DNA of 64,000 nt from an uncultured cyanobacterium. GTDB taxonomy: Bacteria > Cyanobacteriota > Cyanobacteriia > Cyanobacteriales > Cyanobacteriaceae. A model generated the notes under the pieces. The model worked only from the letters and a program-made list of their open reading frames with translations. It was not told where the DNA came from and searched no databases. The stretch spans positions 480,001 through 544,000 of the forward strand of contig CAVQBA010000007.1 in the NCBI GenBank assembly GCA_963710605.1, given 5' to 3'. Shown piece after piece: positions 20,308 through 30,204 of the stretch (positions are counted from its first letter, which is position 1; each line of letters begins with the position of its first letter). A program made the position numbers and the translations under genes.

Positions 20308-20506
20308 CTATTAAACCGTTACATATTTAAGACCATCCCATATCATATAAAACGCACCACCCTTATTTATTAACTAACGATTTCTTGAGGTATTTGTGGT
20401 ATGTTATCTAATCCCCAATTAGTGAGATAGAAGATATTGTAGGGAACGGTTAAGCCTCGCAAAGATTAATATACACACGATACATAAAATGAAAGCGAAA
20501 CCCAAC
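20290..20506. repeat. Direct repeat B, second copy
   Basis: Aligns by eye with 19328-19527. Confidence 0.85.
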
Positions 20507-20551
20507 AACCGACTATCTACTAGCTCGTAATGAGAATCGGGAATATAACGA

Positions 20552-21577
20552 TTAATTCTCTGTCGTCCATCGATCGAGAATATCATTAAAAAGTACTTCT
20601 TCAACTATTGTTTTAAAAACTACTGTCAACGGAAGTGCCAACAGCAAACCAAGTAAGCCAAAGGTACTCGCAAAAAAGATTTGGGCAAAAAGAGTAACCG
20701 CTGGTAATAAAGACACTTTTTCTTCCATTACTCTAGGTGTTAACCAATAACTTTCGATATTTTGAATAATAAAGTATAAGACAAAAATAGGTAGTATTTT
20801 CCAAGGATAATCAACTATCGCAATCATAATCGGGAAAACAATGCTGAGTGTCGGACCAATATTAGGGATAAAATTTAATAATCCTGCTAAAAGTGCATGA
20901 ACTAAAACAAACTTTACTTGTAATGCGAACAAACCGACACCGCTTAATAAACCAATGAAGAGCGAATTAATTACTGTTCCATTAAACCAACTAACGATCG
21001 CAATTTCACTTTTATCTAATATATTATCAATTCGATACCGATAAAAAGCAGGAAATAATTGTCGAAAATAATGACGATATTTCTGAGGATTAAGTAAAAA
21101 CATAATACTCAAAATTAAAATAAATATTCCTTGAAAAAGGATCACTAATACATTAGAAAAAAAAGTAATAAAATTATTCAATAAATTATCAGGAATAAAA
21201 TTATAATCTTCGATCGAAATATCTAATTCTTGGATGAATTTAAAATATTTATATCGATCGTAATCAAAGTTATTAATTAAATAATTTATTCTTTCAGGAA
21301 AATTTTGAAAAACATTTAATAATAATTGAAACTGTTCAATAAATGGAGGTAAAATAACTAAAAATAGTAAATTAAAAATAATAGTTATAAGAATGATGAT
21401 GATGACAATCGCAGTAGAACGAGTTAAATAAAATTGATTTAGTTTTATAACAAGACGGTTAAGAGCTACAGCTATAATAATAGCCAAGAAAATTAACAAC
21501 AAAAGTTGACGTATTTCCCATAAAATATAAAGAGAAATTAAAAAACTAAGAAATCCTAAAGATTGACCAAAATTCAT
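20552..21577 (-). CDS. AI-2E (PerM) family transporter
   Basis: Multi-TM; LAGLLNFIPNIGP, IQNIESYWLTPRVM, GLLGLLLALPL. Confidence 0.9.
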   Translation of the reverse strand: MNFGQSLGFLSFLISLYILWEIRQLLLLIFLAIIIAVALNRLVIKLNQFYLTRSTAIVIIIILITIIFNLLFLVILPPFIEQFQLLLNVFQNFPERINYLINNFDYDRYKYFKFIQELDISIEDYNFIPDNLLNNFITFFSNVLVILFQGIFILILSIMFLLNPQKYRHYFRQLFPAFYRYRIDNILDKSEIAIVSWFNGTVINSLFIGLLSGVGLFALQVKFVLVHALLAGLLNFIPNIGPTLSIVFPIMIAIVDYPWKILPIFVLYFIIQNIESYWLTPRVMEEKVSLLPAVTLFAQIFFASTFGLLGLLLALPLTVVFKTIVEEVLFNDILDRWTTEN

Positions 21578-21654
21578 ATTTACTTATCAACTAAAAATGT
21601 GCTAATTTGAAAATAAAAAATAAAAATAATTATAAAGATAGGAGTTAAAAAACA

Positions 21655-22224
21655 ATGCGAGAAGAAGTAATTGAATGGTTAAACAATAATGTACCTGCTA
21701 AAAGAGTTCAACATATTTTAGGGGTAGAACAAATGTCGATACATTTAGCCCAAAAACATGATTGTGATCTTGAATTAGCCCAAAAAGCAGGTTTAATGCA
21801 CGATTTAGCTAAGTTTTTTCCGCCACAAAAACTACTTCAAATAGCTAAAGATAATAATTTAAAATTAGATAATATTACTGAAAAAATTCCTCATTTAATT
21901 CATGCTGATGTAAGTTCGATCGTTGCTAAACAACAATTTGGTGTTAATAACGAGTCAATCTTAGAAGCTATTAGTAATCATACTTTAGGTAACCCACAAA
22001 TGAGTAAATTAAGTTGTATAGTTTTTATCGCTGATAAAATTGAGTGGAATCGTGGTGATACCGAGCAATTAAATCAACTTAGACAAATTAGTGATGAAAA
22101 TTTATATAAAGGTTTAGCATTTGTTTGTAACTATTCCCTCTCATATCTATTAAAATGTAATCAACTAATTCATCCACGGACGATTTTAACCCGTAATTGG
22201 GCGATATCGCACCAGAAAAATTGA
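21655..22224 (+). CDS. yqeK: HD-domain Ap4A hydrolase YqeK
   Basis: RVQHILGV, GLMHDLAK, HADVS, NHTLG, FIADKIE. Confidence 0.85.
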   Translation: MREEVIEWLNNNVPAKRVQHILGVEQMSIHLAQKHDCDLELAQKAGLMHDLAKFFPPQKLLQIAKDNNLKLDNITEKIPHLIHADVSSIVAKQQFGVNNESILEAISNHTLGNPQMSKLSCIVFIADKIEWNRGDTEQLNQLRQISDENLYKGLAFVCNYSLSYLLKCNQLIHPRTILTRNWAISHQKN

Positions 22225-22410
22225 CAACTGACCAAAGACAGTTGAAAATCACAATAAACCCAAAAAATTGCTATCTAATCTCAAAATAAGCTTGAACTAT
22301 TCAATCTAGATAATTTGAATAATCATCTGTTTTAAGAATTAAGATTAATAAAGGGTTACATATATACGATCGTTGTTTGATTAATAAATTTTTACTCCCC
22401 TTGATATGTT

Positions 22411-22599
22411 ATGTCAGATAAAAATACTCATAAACTATTGCCCGAAGTCTTTTTAAGTATTCTCACCCCAACGATGATGATTACCAAAATGTCGGGTGAA
22501 AATTTGGTTAATTTACTCGAAGAAATGGGTAAAGCTAGTGAAGAAATTTTTCGTGGTGAAAGATTACCGATTCTTAAAGATCACTATTTAGATTCTTAA
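22411..22599 (+). CDS. Small conserved cyanobacterial hypothetical protein
   Basis: LEEMGKASEEIFRGERLPIL C-terminal motif. Confidence 0.65.
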   Translation: MSDKNTHKLLPEVFLSILTPTMMITKMSGENLVNLLEEMGKASEEIFRGERLPILKDHYLDS

Positions 22600-22935
22600 T
22601 CATTATTTACTTTACTTCACTAATAAAATGTATCGCAGTAAACTATCTATGATCAAAAATCACTGCTAAGCTAACAAGAGTTAATAATCAGTAATTTAAT
22701 GATTCCTCAAATTGATAGTGGATTGTTATTCAAATATTCTAGTTTGATGAGCGTAATTTTACTCTGGGAACTAAATTAAGATTAATAAATAAATAAAATA
22801 AGCAAAAATAAAATGATTTTGATAGTTAGTGAAAAATAAAATAAGATTCATCAATGTATGATCAAATTGCTAGAAACCTGCTAATGAAGCTATTAGTTAT
22901 TTGCACAAGATAAAGATTAAATAAGATAAATAATT

Positions 22936-25900
22936 ATGACCACAGTGAGTACAAGTTATCAAGAAGAATTGAGTATTTATTCGAGTTCTGAGTTATTATT
23001 ACGTCATCGATTAAAATTAGTTGAGAATTTATGGGTTTCAGTACTAAAAAATGAATGTGGACAAGAGCTAATTGATTTATTAGATAAACTAAAATCAGCT
23101 TGCTCTCCTGAAGGGCAAACTACTGATATTGATCAAATTTCAGTTAGTAATTGGATTGAAAAATTAGAGTTAGATGAAGCGATACGGGCTGTTAGAGCAT
23201 TTGCTTTATATTTTCAACTAATTAATATTTTAGAACAACATTACGAACAAAGAACTCAAAAGCTGATTCGTCGTACTAGCACCGAAGCACAAGTAAATGC
23301 GATCGAAACTTCACCATCAAATTCGGCTCACGATAATGGTAAAGATAATAGTTATTTTAATCTGAAATCGACTCCTAGTGGAGGCGGTACATTTCATTGG
23401 CTTTTCCCTTATCTGAGAAATTTAAACGTACCACCTCAAAAAATACAACAATTAATTGCTCAACTAGATATTAACCTTGTTTTTACCGCTCACCCAACAG
23501 AAATTGTTCGTCACACTATTCGTAAAAAACAACGTCGTATTGCTTCTATTTTAGAAAAACTCGATTTGGCTGAAGAGTCTAACCGTAATATGAGTTTGAC
23601 TAATTCTTGGGAAGAAGAAAATTATCGCCAATTGTTACTCGAAGAAATTCGCTTATGGTGGCGTACTGATGAATTACATCAATTCAAACCAACTGTTTTA
23701 GATGAAGTTGATTACGCTTTACATTATTTTCAAGAAGTCTTATTTGATATCTTACCAGAATTATCTAATCGTTTAAAACAAGCATTAAACATGACTTTTC
23801 CCGGTTTAAAACCACCTGTGGAAAAATTCTGTTATTTCGGCTCTTGGGTAGGAGGCGATCGAGATGGAAACCCGTTTGTAACTCCAGAGGTTACTTGGTC
23901 AACGGCTTGTTATCAAAGAAATATAGTTTTAGAAAAATATATCGATTCAGTTCATCAACTTAATGATATTCTCAGTTTGTCATTACATTGGTGTAATGTA
24001 GAACCAGAATTATTAGATTCATTAGAACGCGATCGTATTGCGATGCCTGAAGTGTATGATCAGTTTTATGTCCGTTATCGTCAAGAGCCTTATCGTCTTA
24101 AACTAGCTTATATTGAAGAAAAACTAATTAATACTAAAGCTCGTAACCAAGCACTTTCTAATCCAGAAACCAGAAAATCAATCAAACTCGCTCAAAAAGC
24201 AGACAAAGTTTATCCTAGTAGTAACGACTTTTTACAAGACTTAAATCTAATTAAGGATAATCTGGAAAATACTAATATTCAGTGTCAAGAATTAGTCCGT
24301 CTAACTCGTCAATTAGATGTTTATGGTTTTCATCTTACCCCGCTTGATTTTCGTCAAGATTCTTCTCGTCATTCTGATGCCTTAAATGAAATTGCTGAAT
24401 ATTTAGGAGTACTAGACAAACCTTATAATGAATTATCCGAAGACGAAAAAACCCAGTGGTTAATTAAAGAATTACAAACTCGTCGCCCTTTAATTCCGAC
24501 AGAAGTAACTTTTTCTGACATTACGACAGAAACGATCGAGACATTTAAAGTACTTAGAGCATTACAATTAGAATTTAGCTTAGATATTTGTCAGACATAT
24601 ATCATCAGTATGACTAATTATGTCAGCGATGTCTTGGAAGTATTGTTACTAGCTAAAGAAGCAGGGTTATATGACCCCATCTTAGGTATGACAACCATTA
24701 GAATCGTACCTCTATTTGAAACAGTAGAAGATTTAAAAAGAGCACCCTCAGTAATGACAGAATTATTTGAGTTACCGCTTTATCGTGCTTGTTTATCAGG
24801 TGGTTATCAAAACTTAGACAAATCAGCATCTTATCTCAACCTACCTGTATTAAAACCCTATGATTTACAAGAAATCATGTTAGGTTACTCAGATAGTAAC
24901 AAAGACTCAGGTTTTGTTAGTAGTAACTGGGAAATACATAAAGCTCAGAAAAATCTGGCTAAAATCGGGACTAAATATGATCTTAATATCAAAATATTCC
25001 ACGGTAGAGGTGGTTCAGTCGGTAGAGGAGGAGGCCCCGCTTATGCGGCTATTTTGGCTCAACCTAGCTCAACAATCAACGGTAGAATTAAGATTACTGA
25101 GCAAGGAGAAGTACTCGCTTCTAAATATTCTTTACCCGAATTAGCTTTATATAACTTAGAAACAATTACCACCGCTACAATACAAGCCAGTTTACTCGGT
25201 AGTGGTTTTGATGATATTGAGCCATGGAATCAGATTATGGAAGAAATATCAGCGGCTTCTCGTAAAACTTATCGTCAACTTATTTATGAGCAACCAGACT
25301 TTTTAGACTTTTTTATGTCTGTGACTCCTGTAGAAGAAATCAGTAAGTTACAAATAAGTTCTCGTCCTGCTCGTCGTAGTTCGGGTAAAAAGGATATTTC
25401 ATCTTTAAGAGCAATTCCTTGGGTATTTAGTTGGACACAAAGCCGTTTTCTTCTCCCTGCTTGGTATGGTGTGGGTACTGCTTTACAAGACTTTTTAGAT
25501 CAAGAGCCTGAAGAAAACCTTAAACTATTACGTTCGTTTTATATTCGTTGGCCGTTTTTCAAGATGGTAATTTCTAAAGTAGAGATGACTTTGTCTAAAG
25601 TAGATTTACAAATGGCGAGTCATTATATTGAGGAGTTGTCTGATGAGAAAGACAAAGAGCGTTTTTATGCTTTGTTTGAGCAAATTAAGAAGGAATATAC
25701 TTTGAGTCGAGATGTTGTTTTGAAGATTAATGAACAAGAAAAATTACTTGATAATGATCCTGAACTGCAACGATCGGTACAATTAAGAAATGGAACGATC
25801 GTACCTTTAGGATTTTTACAAGTATCTTTAATTAAACGTCTAAGACAATACGCCAAACAAGACAGAGCGGGTTTAATCCATTTCCGTTATAGTAAAGAAG

Positions 25901-25965
25901 AATTGTTACGGGGTGCTTTACTCACTATTAATGGTATCGCCGCAGGTATGCGTAATACAGGCTAA
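22936..25965 (+). CDS. ppc: Phosphoenolpyruvate carboxylase
   Basis: [59 protein letters not shown]. Confidence 0.98.
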   Translation: MTTVSTSYQEELSIYSSSELLLRHRLKLVENLWVSVLKNECGQELIDLLDKLKSACSPEGQTTDIDQISVSNWIEKLELDEAIRAVRAFALYFQLINILEQHYEQRTQKLIRRTSTEAQVNAIETSPSNSAHDNGKDNSYFNLKSTPSGGGTFHWLFPYLRNLNVPPQKIQQLIAQLDINLVFTAHPTEIVRHTIRKKQRRIASILEKLDLAEESNRNMSLTNSWEEENYRQLLLEEIRLWWRTDELHQFKPTVLDEVDYALHYFQEVLFDILPELSNRLKQALNMTFPGLKPPVEKFCYFGSWVGGDRDGNPFVTPEVTWSTACYQRNIVLEKYIDSVHQLNDILSLSLHWCNVEPELLDSLERDRIAMPEVYDQFYVRYRQEPYRLKLAYIEEKLINTKARNQALSNPETRKSIKLAQKADKVYPSSNDFLQDLNLIKDNLENTNIQCQELVRLTRQLDVYGFHLTPLDFRQDSSRHSDALNEIAEYLGVLDKPYNELSEDEKTQWLIKELQTRRPLIPTEVTFSDITTETIETFKVLRALQLEFSLDICQTYIISMTNYVSDVLEVLLLAKEAGLYDPILGMTTIRIVPLFETVEDLKRAPSVMTELFELPLYRACLSGGYQNLDKSASYLNLPVLKPYDLQEIMLGYSDSNKDSGFVSSNWEIHKAQKNLAKIGTKYDLNIKIFHGRGGSVGRGGGPAYAAILAQPSSTINGRIKITEQGEVLASKYSLPELALYNLETITTATIQASLLGSGFDDIEPWNQIMEEISAASRKTYRQLIYEQPDFLDFFMSVTPVEEISKLQISSRPARRSSGKKDISSLRAIPWVFSWTQSRFLLPAWYGVGTALQDFLDQEPEENLKLLRSFYIRWPFFKMVISKVEMTLSKVDLQMASHYIEELSDEKDKERFYALFEQIKKEYTLSRDVVLKINEQEKLLDNDPELQRSVQLRNGTIVPLGFLQVSLIKRLRQYAKQDRAGLIHFRYSKEELLRGALLTINGIAAGMRNTG

Positions 25966-26006
25966 AAAATCAATGGACAATTGATAATTGATAATTGACA
26001 ATTAAT

Positions 26007-26029
26007 TGTAGGGTGGGCAATGCCCACCT
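26007..26029. repeat. REP-like palindrome GTAGGGTGGGCAATGCCCACC downstream of ppc
   Basis: GTAG-led hairpin followed by a T-tract; may also act as terminator. Confidence 0.7.
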
Positions 26030-26106
26030 CTTTTTTGTTTTGATTTGCCATGTACGATCGCTTTCTTTCTTCTATCCTTTTTTTAAGAAAGTAGCTACAT
26101 TTTATT

Positions 26107-26331
26107 TTATGTTGAAATTAATTTAACTTTATTTGTCAAAGGTTGCGGTAATGCTCGATTACGAGCTTGATAATCCTCAATTAAAAGTTCTAATACTTCT
26201 TGTCCATTTTTTAATGCTTCTTCATAACTATCACCATGAGTATGAGCGTAAGGACCAAATTCTGGCAAACTAGCAATATATTTTTGGTCTTCGTCACTCC
26301 ATCGAATCACTATTGAGTATTGATATTTCAT
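26107..26331 (-). CDS. hicB: HicB-family antitoxin
   Basis: YSIVIRWSDEDQKYIASLPEF...THGDSYEEALKNGQEVLELLI. Confidence 0.9.
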   Translation of the reverse strand: MKYQYSIVIRWSDEDQKYIASLPEFGPYAHTHGDSYEEALKNGQEVLELLIEDYQARNRALPQPLTNKVKLIST

Positions 26332-26333
26332 TA

Positions 26334-26550
26334 TTATTCTTCTTTCTTTAATTTATCTAAATCTTGGAGAGCATTCTTTATATCTCGCTCTTGATAACGA
26401 TCGGCATCTTTACCATCTTTGCCAGAAATAGTTAAACTATATATAGTCTAATAAAGGATGACTCCAAACTGTATTACTACCTTTGCCTGAACGACTAGCA
26501 AATCCTGCTTTTTTTAGCATTGATTTTAATTCTCTAATTTTTTTCGGCAC
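26334..26550 (-). pseudogene. hicA: HicA-family toxin, frameshifted
   Basis: GTG start, PKKIRELKSMLKKAGFASRSGKGSNTVWSHP; 4 extra nt in the TATATATA run at 26438-26445; continues SLTISGKDGKDADRYQERDIKNALQDL; the GSH motif reads GSN. Confidence 0.85.
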
Positions 26551-26929
26551 ATTAGAACTCGATCCTTTGGTTTAATTTTAACATCCGTAAAGGTGAATAT
26601 TGCCTACTCTACGCTCAATTATTCACTACAATCGATTTTTTCTAAATACTTATTTTTTAAAAATATTTAAAGAAAATTTTTCGATAATATTCACTGTCTA
26701 ACAATATTAAATAATGTAGTATAAGTCGTAACGCACCATTGGTATATTTTTGACCAGTAATAACCTTATAACTATTAATGGCTAAAGCCATTACTACAAA
26801 ACTTGTTCTATTTTAGGATTCATTATGATTAATTTAATTTTAGATATTGGTTTTTTAATGAATAGAACAAAATTTCAGAGGGTAAATTGTTACAATTTCA
26901 TTATTATTACCGACCGAAAGTAGGGGATT

Positions 26930-27154
26930 GTGATTTTGACAAAATTAGATAAAGTATTAGATGAAGTAATGGAGTTATCTTTAGAAGAAAAAGAAATTTT
27001 ATCTCAAATTCTTAAACAAAGAATTATTGAAAACAAACGAGAGCAAATTGCTTTAGATGCCCAAATATCTTTACAAGAATTCAAAGAAGGAAAATACCAA
27101 CTTTTAACCGCTCAAGAAGCTATCCAAAATTTACGAGAATATTTACAAAGTTAA
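26930..27154 (+). CDS. Putative type II antitoxin (small acidic helical protein)
   Basis: 74 aa, directly upstream of a RelE/YafQ-like fragment. Confidence 0.65.
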   Translation: MILTKLDKVLDEVMELSLEEKEILSQILKQRIIENKREQIALDAQISLQEFKEGKYQLLTAQEAIQNLREYLQS

Positions 27155-27161
27155 GTCAAAA

Positions 27162-27326
27162 ATGACTAAAATCGTTGTTACTAACAAATATAAAATATCT
27201 TTGAAAAAGTTTGTCCGTAATAATCCTAATCTACAAATAAAAATAGAAGAGACAATAGAATTAATGACTAACGATTTGTTTAGTCCTGAATTAGATATAC
27301 TTGACACTCCTCGCTCCTTTTTCTAA
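27162..27326 (+). pseudogene. RelE/YafQ-family toxin, N-terminal half only
   Basis: Manual translation MTKIVVTNKYKISLKKFVRNNPNLQIKIEETIELMTNDLFSPEL then diverges (DILDTPRSFF*), lacking the HKLxG and downstream catalytic half. Confidence 0.7.
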
Positions 27327-27383
27327 ATATTTTCTGTTATTATACTTGTACTCTCAATTATTTTAAAAATTCGCTTATATCAA

Positions 27384-27722
27384 TTAAGCATAAAAAAGAA
27401 AATATAAAAAAGTAAAAATTAAGAAAATTATTAGAGACTGGCGAAATATCTCTAAAAGTGATAGCTGAGATTTTTCTACTTCCCAATTAGAATAAAATTC
27501 AATTTCTAAAAAATAATCTTTAATCCAATAAAAAGCTAATTTTAGTAAATTGTTTTTAATTAGCAAAAAAAGTAAAAACAATATTATCTGTTTTTCTTTT
27601 GTTTTCTTTAAGCTATCAAAAATATTTAAATCGTATTTAGCAGTTATAAAAACAGATATCAAAGAGATAATATATAAAATTGTTAAATTTTTTAAGTCAG
27701 ATATTAAATATGGATACAGCAT
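27384..27722 (-). CDS. Hypothetical membrane protein
   Basis: 112-aa hydrophobic ORF in very AT-rich DNA. Confidence 0.4.
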   Translation of the reverse strand: MLYPYLISDLKNLTILYIISLISVFITAKYDLNIFDSLKKTKEKQIILFLLFLLIKNNLLKLAFYWIKDYFLEIEFYSNWEVEKSQLSLLEIFRQSLIIFLIFTFLYFLFYA

Positions 27723-27740
27723 TTTACTTTTATACTTAAC

Positions 27741-28031
27741 TCAGTTTGTATTCTTCGTTTCCCATTTTTGGTGAAGATTATAACCAAAGACAAAACCTCT
27801 ACGATACATATCATCGAGTGCACTCCCTGTGGGAAGATTTATTGACTCATTTTTCCTTATTTTTCTTTCTCTTTGATATTTTTCTTTCGTGTACGATTTG
27901 TCTTTTTTTTGCAACGAATACTTATTTGATTTTTGATTTGTAATGTGAGGACTAACTCTTGCACTTACAGGTGAAACTTGATGTAATGTGAAAATCACAA
28001 AAATAAATAAGGTGAGGATTATTTTTTTCAT
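27741..28031 (-). CDS. Hypothetical secreted basic protein
   Basis: MKKIILTLFIFVIFTLHQVSPVSA signal-peptide-like N-terminus. Confidence 0.5.
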   Translation of the reverse strand: MKKIILTLFIFVIFTLHQVSPVSARVSPHITNQKSNKYSLQKKDKSYTKEKYQRERKIRKNESINLPTGSALDDMYRRGFVFGYNLHQKWETKNTN

Positions 28032-28077
28032 AATTAGTAAATTTATTTAGCTATTGTTAAACTGAAAATTATTAAAA

Positions 28078-28185
28078 CTATGAATGATAACCAACCAATG
28101 CACCTATTATAAAGTAAACAGCAAAACTGCTAGCTATTCCTAAAATAGTTATTATAACTGCTGTTAGAATTGATTCAGAATTCAT
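28078..28185 (-). CDS. Possible 35-aa single-TM peptide
   Basis: Manual translation MNSESILTAVIITILGIASSFAVYFIIGALVGYHS*. Confidence 0.3.
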   Translation of the reverse strand: MNSESILTAVIITILGIASSFAVYFIIGALVGYHS

Positions 28186-28300
28186 TTTTTGCTTTATAAA
28201 TATAAAAATAAGTATATTGCTAATATAGTATCATTATTTCAATAAATCTAACGATTGCTCTTTTTTCAAGACTTATCTTTATATTAGTTATTTGTTATAC

Positions 28301-28320
28301 TTGTACTAACTTAAGTACAA
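28301..28320. promoter_or_regulatory. Palindromic operator for YefM/YoeB autoregulation
   Basis: TTGTACT-AACTTA-AGTACAA immediately upstream of the yefM start. Confidence 0.6.
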
Positions 28321-28331
28321 AAAATTAGGTT

Positions 28332-28586
28332 ATGGAAATAGTTAATTATTCTGAAGCAAGAAGAAACTTTAAACAGATTTTAGATTGTTTGAGTGAAGAC
28401 TGTGATACGACATTAATCAAAAGAAGAAATTGCGAAGATGTCGTATTAATATCAAAGAGTCATTACGATTCTATTATGGAGACATTATATTTAATGAAAT
28501 CTCCTGCTAATGCTCAACACTTAAACGAAGCTATCGCTAGAGACAAAGCAGGTAAAAGTGAATCTCATGATTTAATCGATGCGTGA
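28332..28586 (+). CDS. yefM: YefM/Phd-family antitoxin
   Basis: VNYSEARRNFKQILD...VVLIS..HYDSIMETLYLMKSPANAQHL. Confidence 0.93.
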   Translation: MEIVNYSEARRNFKQILDCLSEDCDTTLIKRRNCEDVVLISKSHYDSIMETLYLMKSPANAQHLNEAIARDKAGKSESHDLIDA

Positions 28587-28738
28587 ACTAGTTTGGGATA
28601 CAAAAGCTTGGCAAGATTACATTTATTGGCAAAGTCAAGACAAGAAAACTCTTAAAAGAATTAATCGACTAATCAAAGATAGTTTGGTTAATCCTTTTGA
28701 TGGAATCGGAAAACCTGAGCCTTTGAAAGAAAATTTAT

Positions 28739-30103
28739 CTAAGGAGCGTAAGACCCTCACGTCCCGTGAAGGGATGTAAGCGGATTTAGTTTTTACAATT
28801 TAAGTCTTTAGTTTGTAAAAAATGTGATAGAATCAGTATATCATACATCAAGCATGAAGTTGAAATGCTTAATCTGACGTACAACTACAAGCTACAGCCA
28901 ACGAAAAAACAAATAGGAATAATTGAACAGAATCTAGATGTTTGCCGCTCTGTTTGGAACTATGGGTTGTATGAAAGAAAGCTATGGTACAACTCCCGTC
29001 AATGTGAAATTAACAAATGTTCATTACACAGTGAACACATTGTTGAACCTTTTGAATATCCTAATTACCATCATCAATCTAAACAGTTAACTAAAGCTAA
29101 AAAAACTAATCCTTTCCTTAAATCAGGCAATGCTCAGGCTATGCAACAGACTCTAAGAAAGTTGGATAAAGCATTTAATGACATGAAAAACAAAGGCATG
29201 GGCTTTCCTAGGTACAAAAAGAAAATGAAATCTTTTAACCTAATTAGCAATAAAATTGAATTAAATGGTAATTATCTTAAGATGCCTCTGTTGAAAAACA
29301 TCAAAGTGAGAAAATCTAGAGATATTCCAGAAGGCTTTAAGATAAAACAAGCTCAAATCATTAAAAAAGCTAGTGGTTACTATGTTAATTTAATGATTGA
29401 GTTTGATGTTAATGTACCTTCACCTAGTCCACATGGTCACGCACTAGGATTAGATGCTGGTATTCAAAGTATGATAGCAACCTCTGATAATTTAACTATT
29501 CCTAGACCTAGGTTTTTAGACAAAGTATTACGTAAGATTAAATTACTACAAAGAAAACTTAGAAATAAAATCAAGGGTTCTAATAAATGGAAAAAGTTGA
29601 ATCATAGAATTGCTTTACTGCATGAAGCCGTAGCTAATAGACGAAAAGACTATCACTTTAAACTAGCTCACCAACTAGTACAAGAAAATGGAATGATATT
29701 TGTAGAAGATATTAACTTTAAGTCATGGTCTAAAGGGCTGTTTTGTAAGCAATCTTTAGATATGGGTTTAGGTCAATTCTTTACTAGACTAGAGTATATT
29801 TGCTCACAGACAGACACCTATTTTGCAAAGGTAAATAAAGATTTCACGTCTCAAATATGTCCTAACTGTAACACTCATACAGGAAAAAAAGAACTAAATG
29901 TAAGAATACATAAGTGTCCTGAGTGTGGGTATGAACAGGATAGAGATATTGCGGCGGCGGAAGTAGTAAGGAATCGAGGTTTAGAAAACACTGCGGTAGG
30001 AACTATCGTGGTTAAACAGCCCAGTAATGGCGATCTGACAGGGGCAATAGCCTAGTTAAGAGTCTATATGGGAATCCCCCGACTCTGTCGGCGGGAGGTT
30101 CAA
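28739..30103 (+). mobile_element. IS200/IS605-family, TnpB-only (IS1341-like) element
   Basis: Inserted 3' of TTTAT with no clear target duplication (2-nt CT ambiguity); left hairpin CCCTCACG..CGTGAAGGG; right hairpin CCCGAC..GTCGGCGGG ending GGTTCAA; no tnpA. Confidence 0.9.
28865..30055 (+). CDS. tnpB: RNA-guided endonuclease TnpB
   Basis: HTH start (YNYKLQPT), RuvC-I GLDAG, RuvC-II FVED, zinc finger CPNC/CPECG, RuvC-III DRDIAAA. Confidence 0.95.
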   Translation: MLNLTYNYKLQPTKKQIGIIEQNLDVCRSVWNYGLYERKLWYNSRQCEINKCSLHSEHIVEPFEYPNYHHQSKQLTKAKKTNPFLKSGNAQAMQQTLRKLDKAFNDMKNKGMGFPRYKKKMKSFNLISNKIELNGNYLKMPLLKNIKVRKSRDIPEGFKIKQAQIIKKASGYYVNLMIEFDVNVPSPSPHGHALGLDAGIQSMIATSDNLTIPRPRFLDKVLRKIKLLQRKLRNKIKGSNKWKKLNHRIALLHEAVANRRKDYHFKLAHQLVQENGMIFVEDINFKSWSKGLFCKQSLDMGLGQFFTRLEYICSQTDTYFAKVNKDFTSQICPNCNTHTGKKELNVRIHKCPECGYEQDRDIAAAEVVRNRGLENTAVGTIVVKQPSNGDLTGAIA

Positions 30104-30204
30104 CTGGTTATTGGTCGAGAAGAATTGATGAAACAAATCGATTAGTTTATCGAGTAGCAGAAGACTATATTAAAATTATCTCCTGCCGATACCACTACTA
30201 ACTC

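Larger units (their letters stand above)
28579..30201 (+). pseudogene. yoeB: YoeB/Txe toxin split by an IS (28579-28738 + 30104-30201)
   Basis: Joining the halves gives 258 nt: ...GIGKPEPLKENLS|GYWSRRIDETNRLVYRVAEDYIKIISCRYHY*, a complete 85-aa YoeB. Confidence 0.93.

Noticed and set aside
17354-20506. tmRNA-integrated genomic island or prophage
   Set aside because: The accessory module lies on the 5' side of ssrA, and I found no integrase or duplicated ssrA 3' end.
18430-20506. Diversity-generating retroelement (template/variable repeat pair)
   Set aside because: No reverse transcriptase in the window, and differences between repeat copies are not confined to adenines.
20419-20604. 61-aa minus-strand ORF
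   Set aside because: Overlaps the AI-2E gene end and repeat B; the equivalent frame is not preserved in the other repeat copy.
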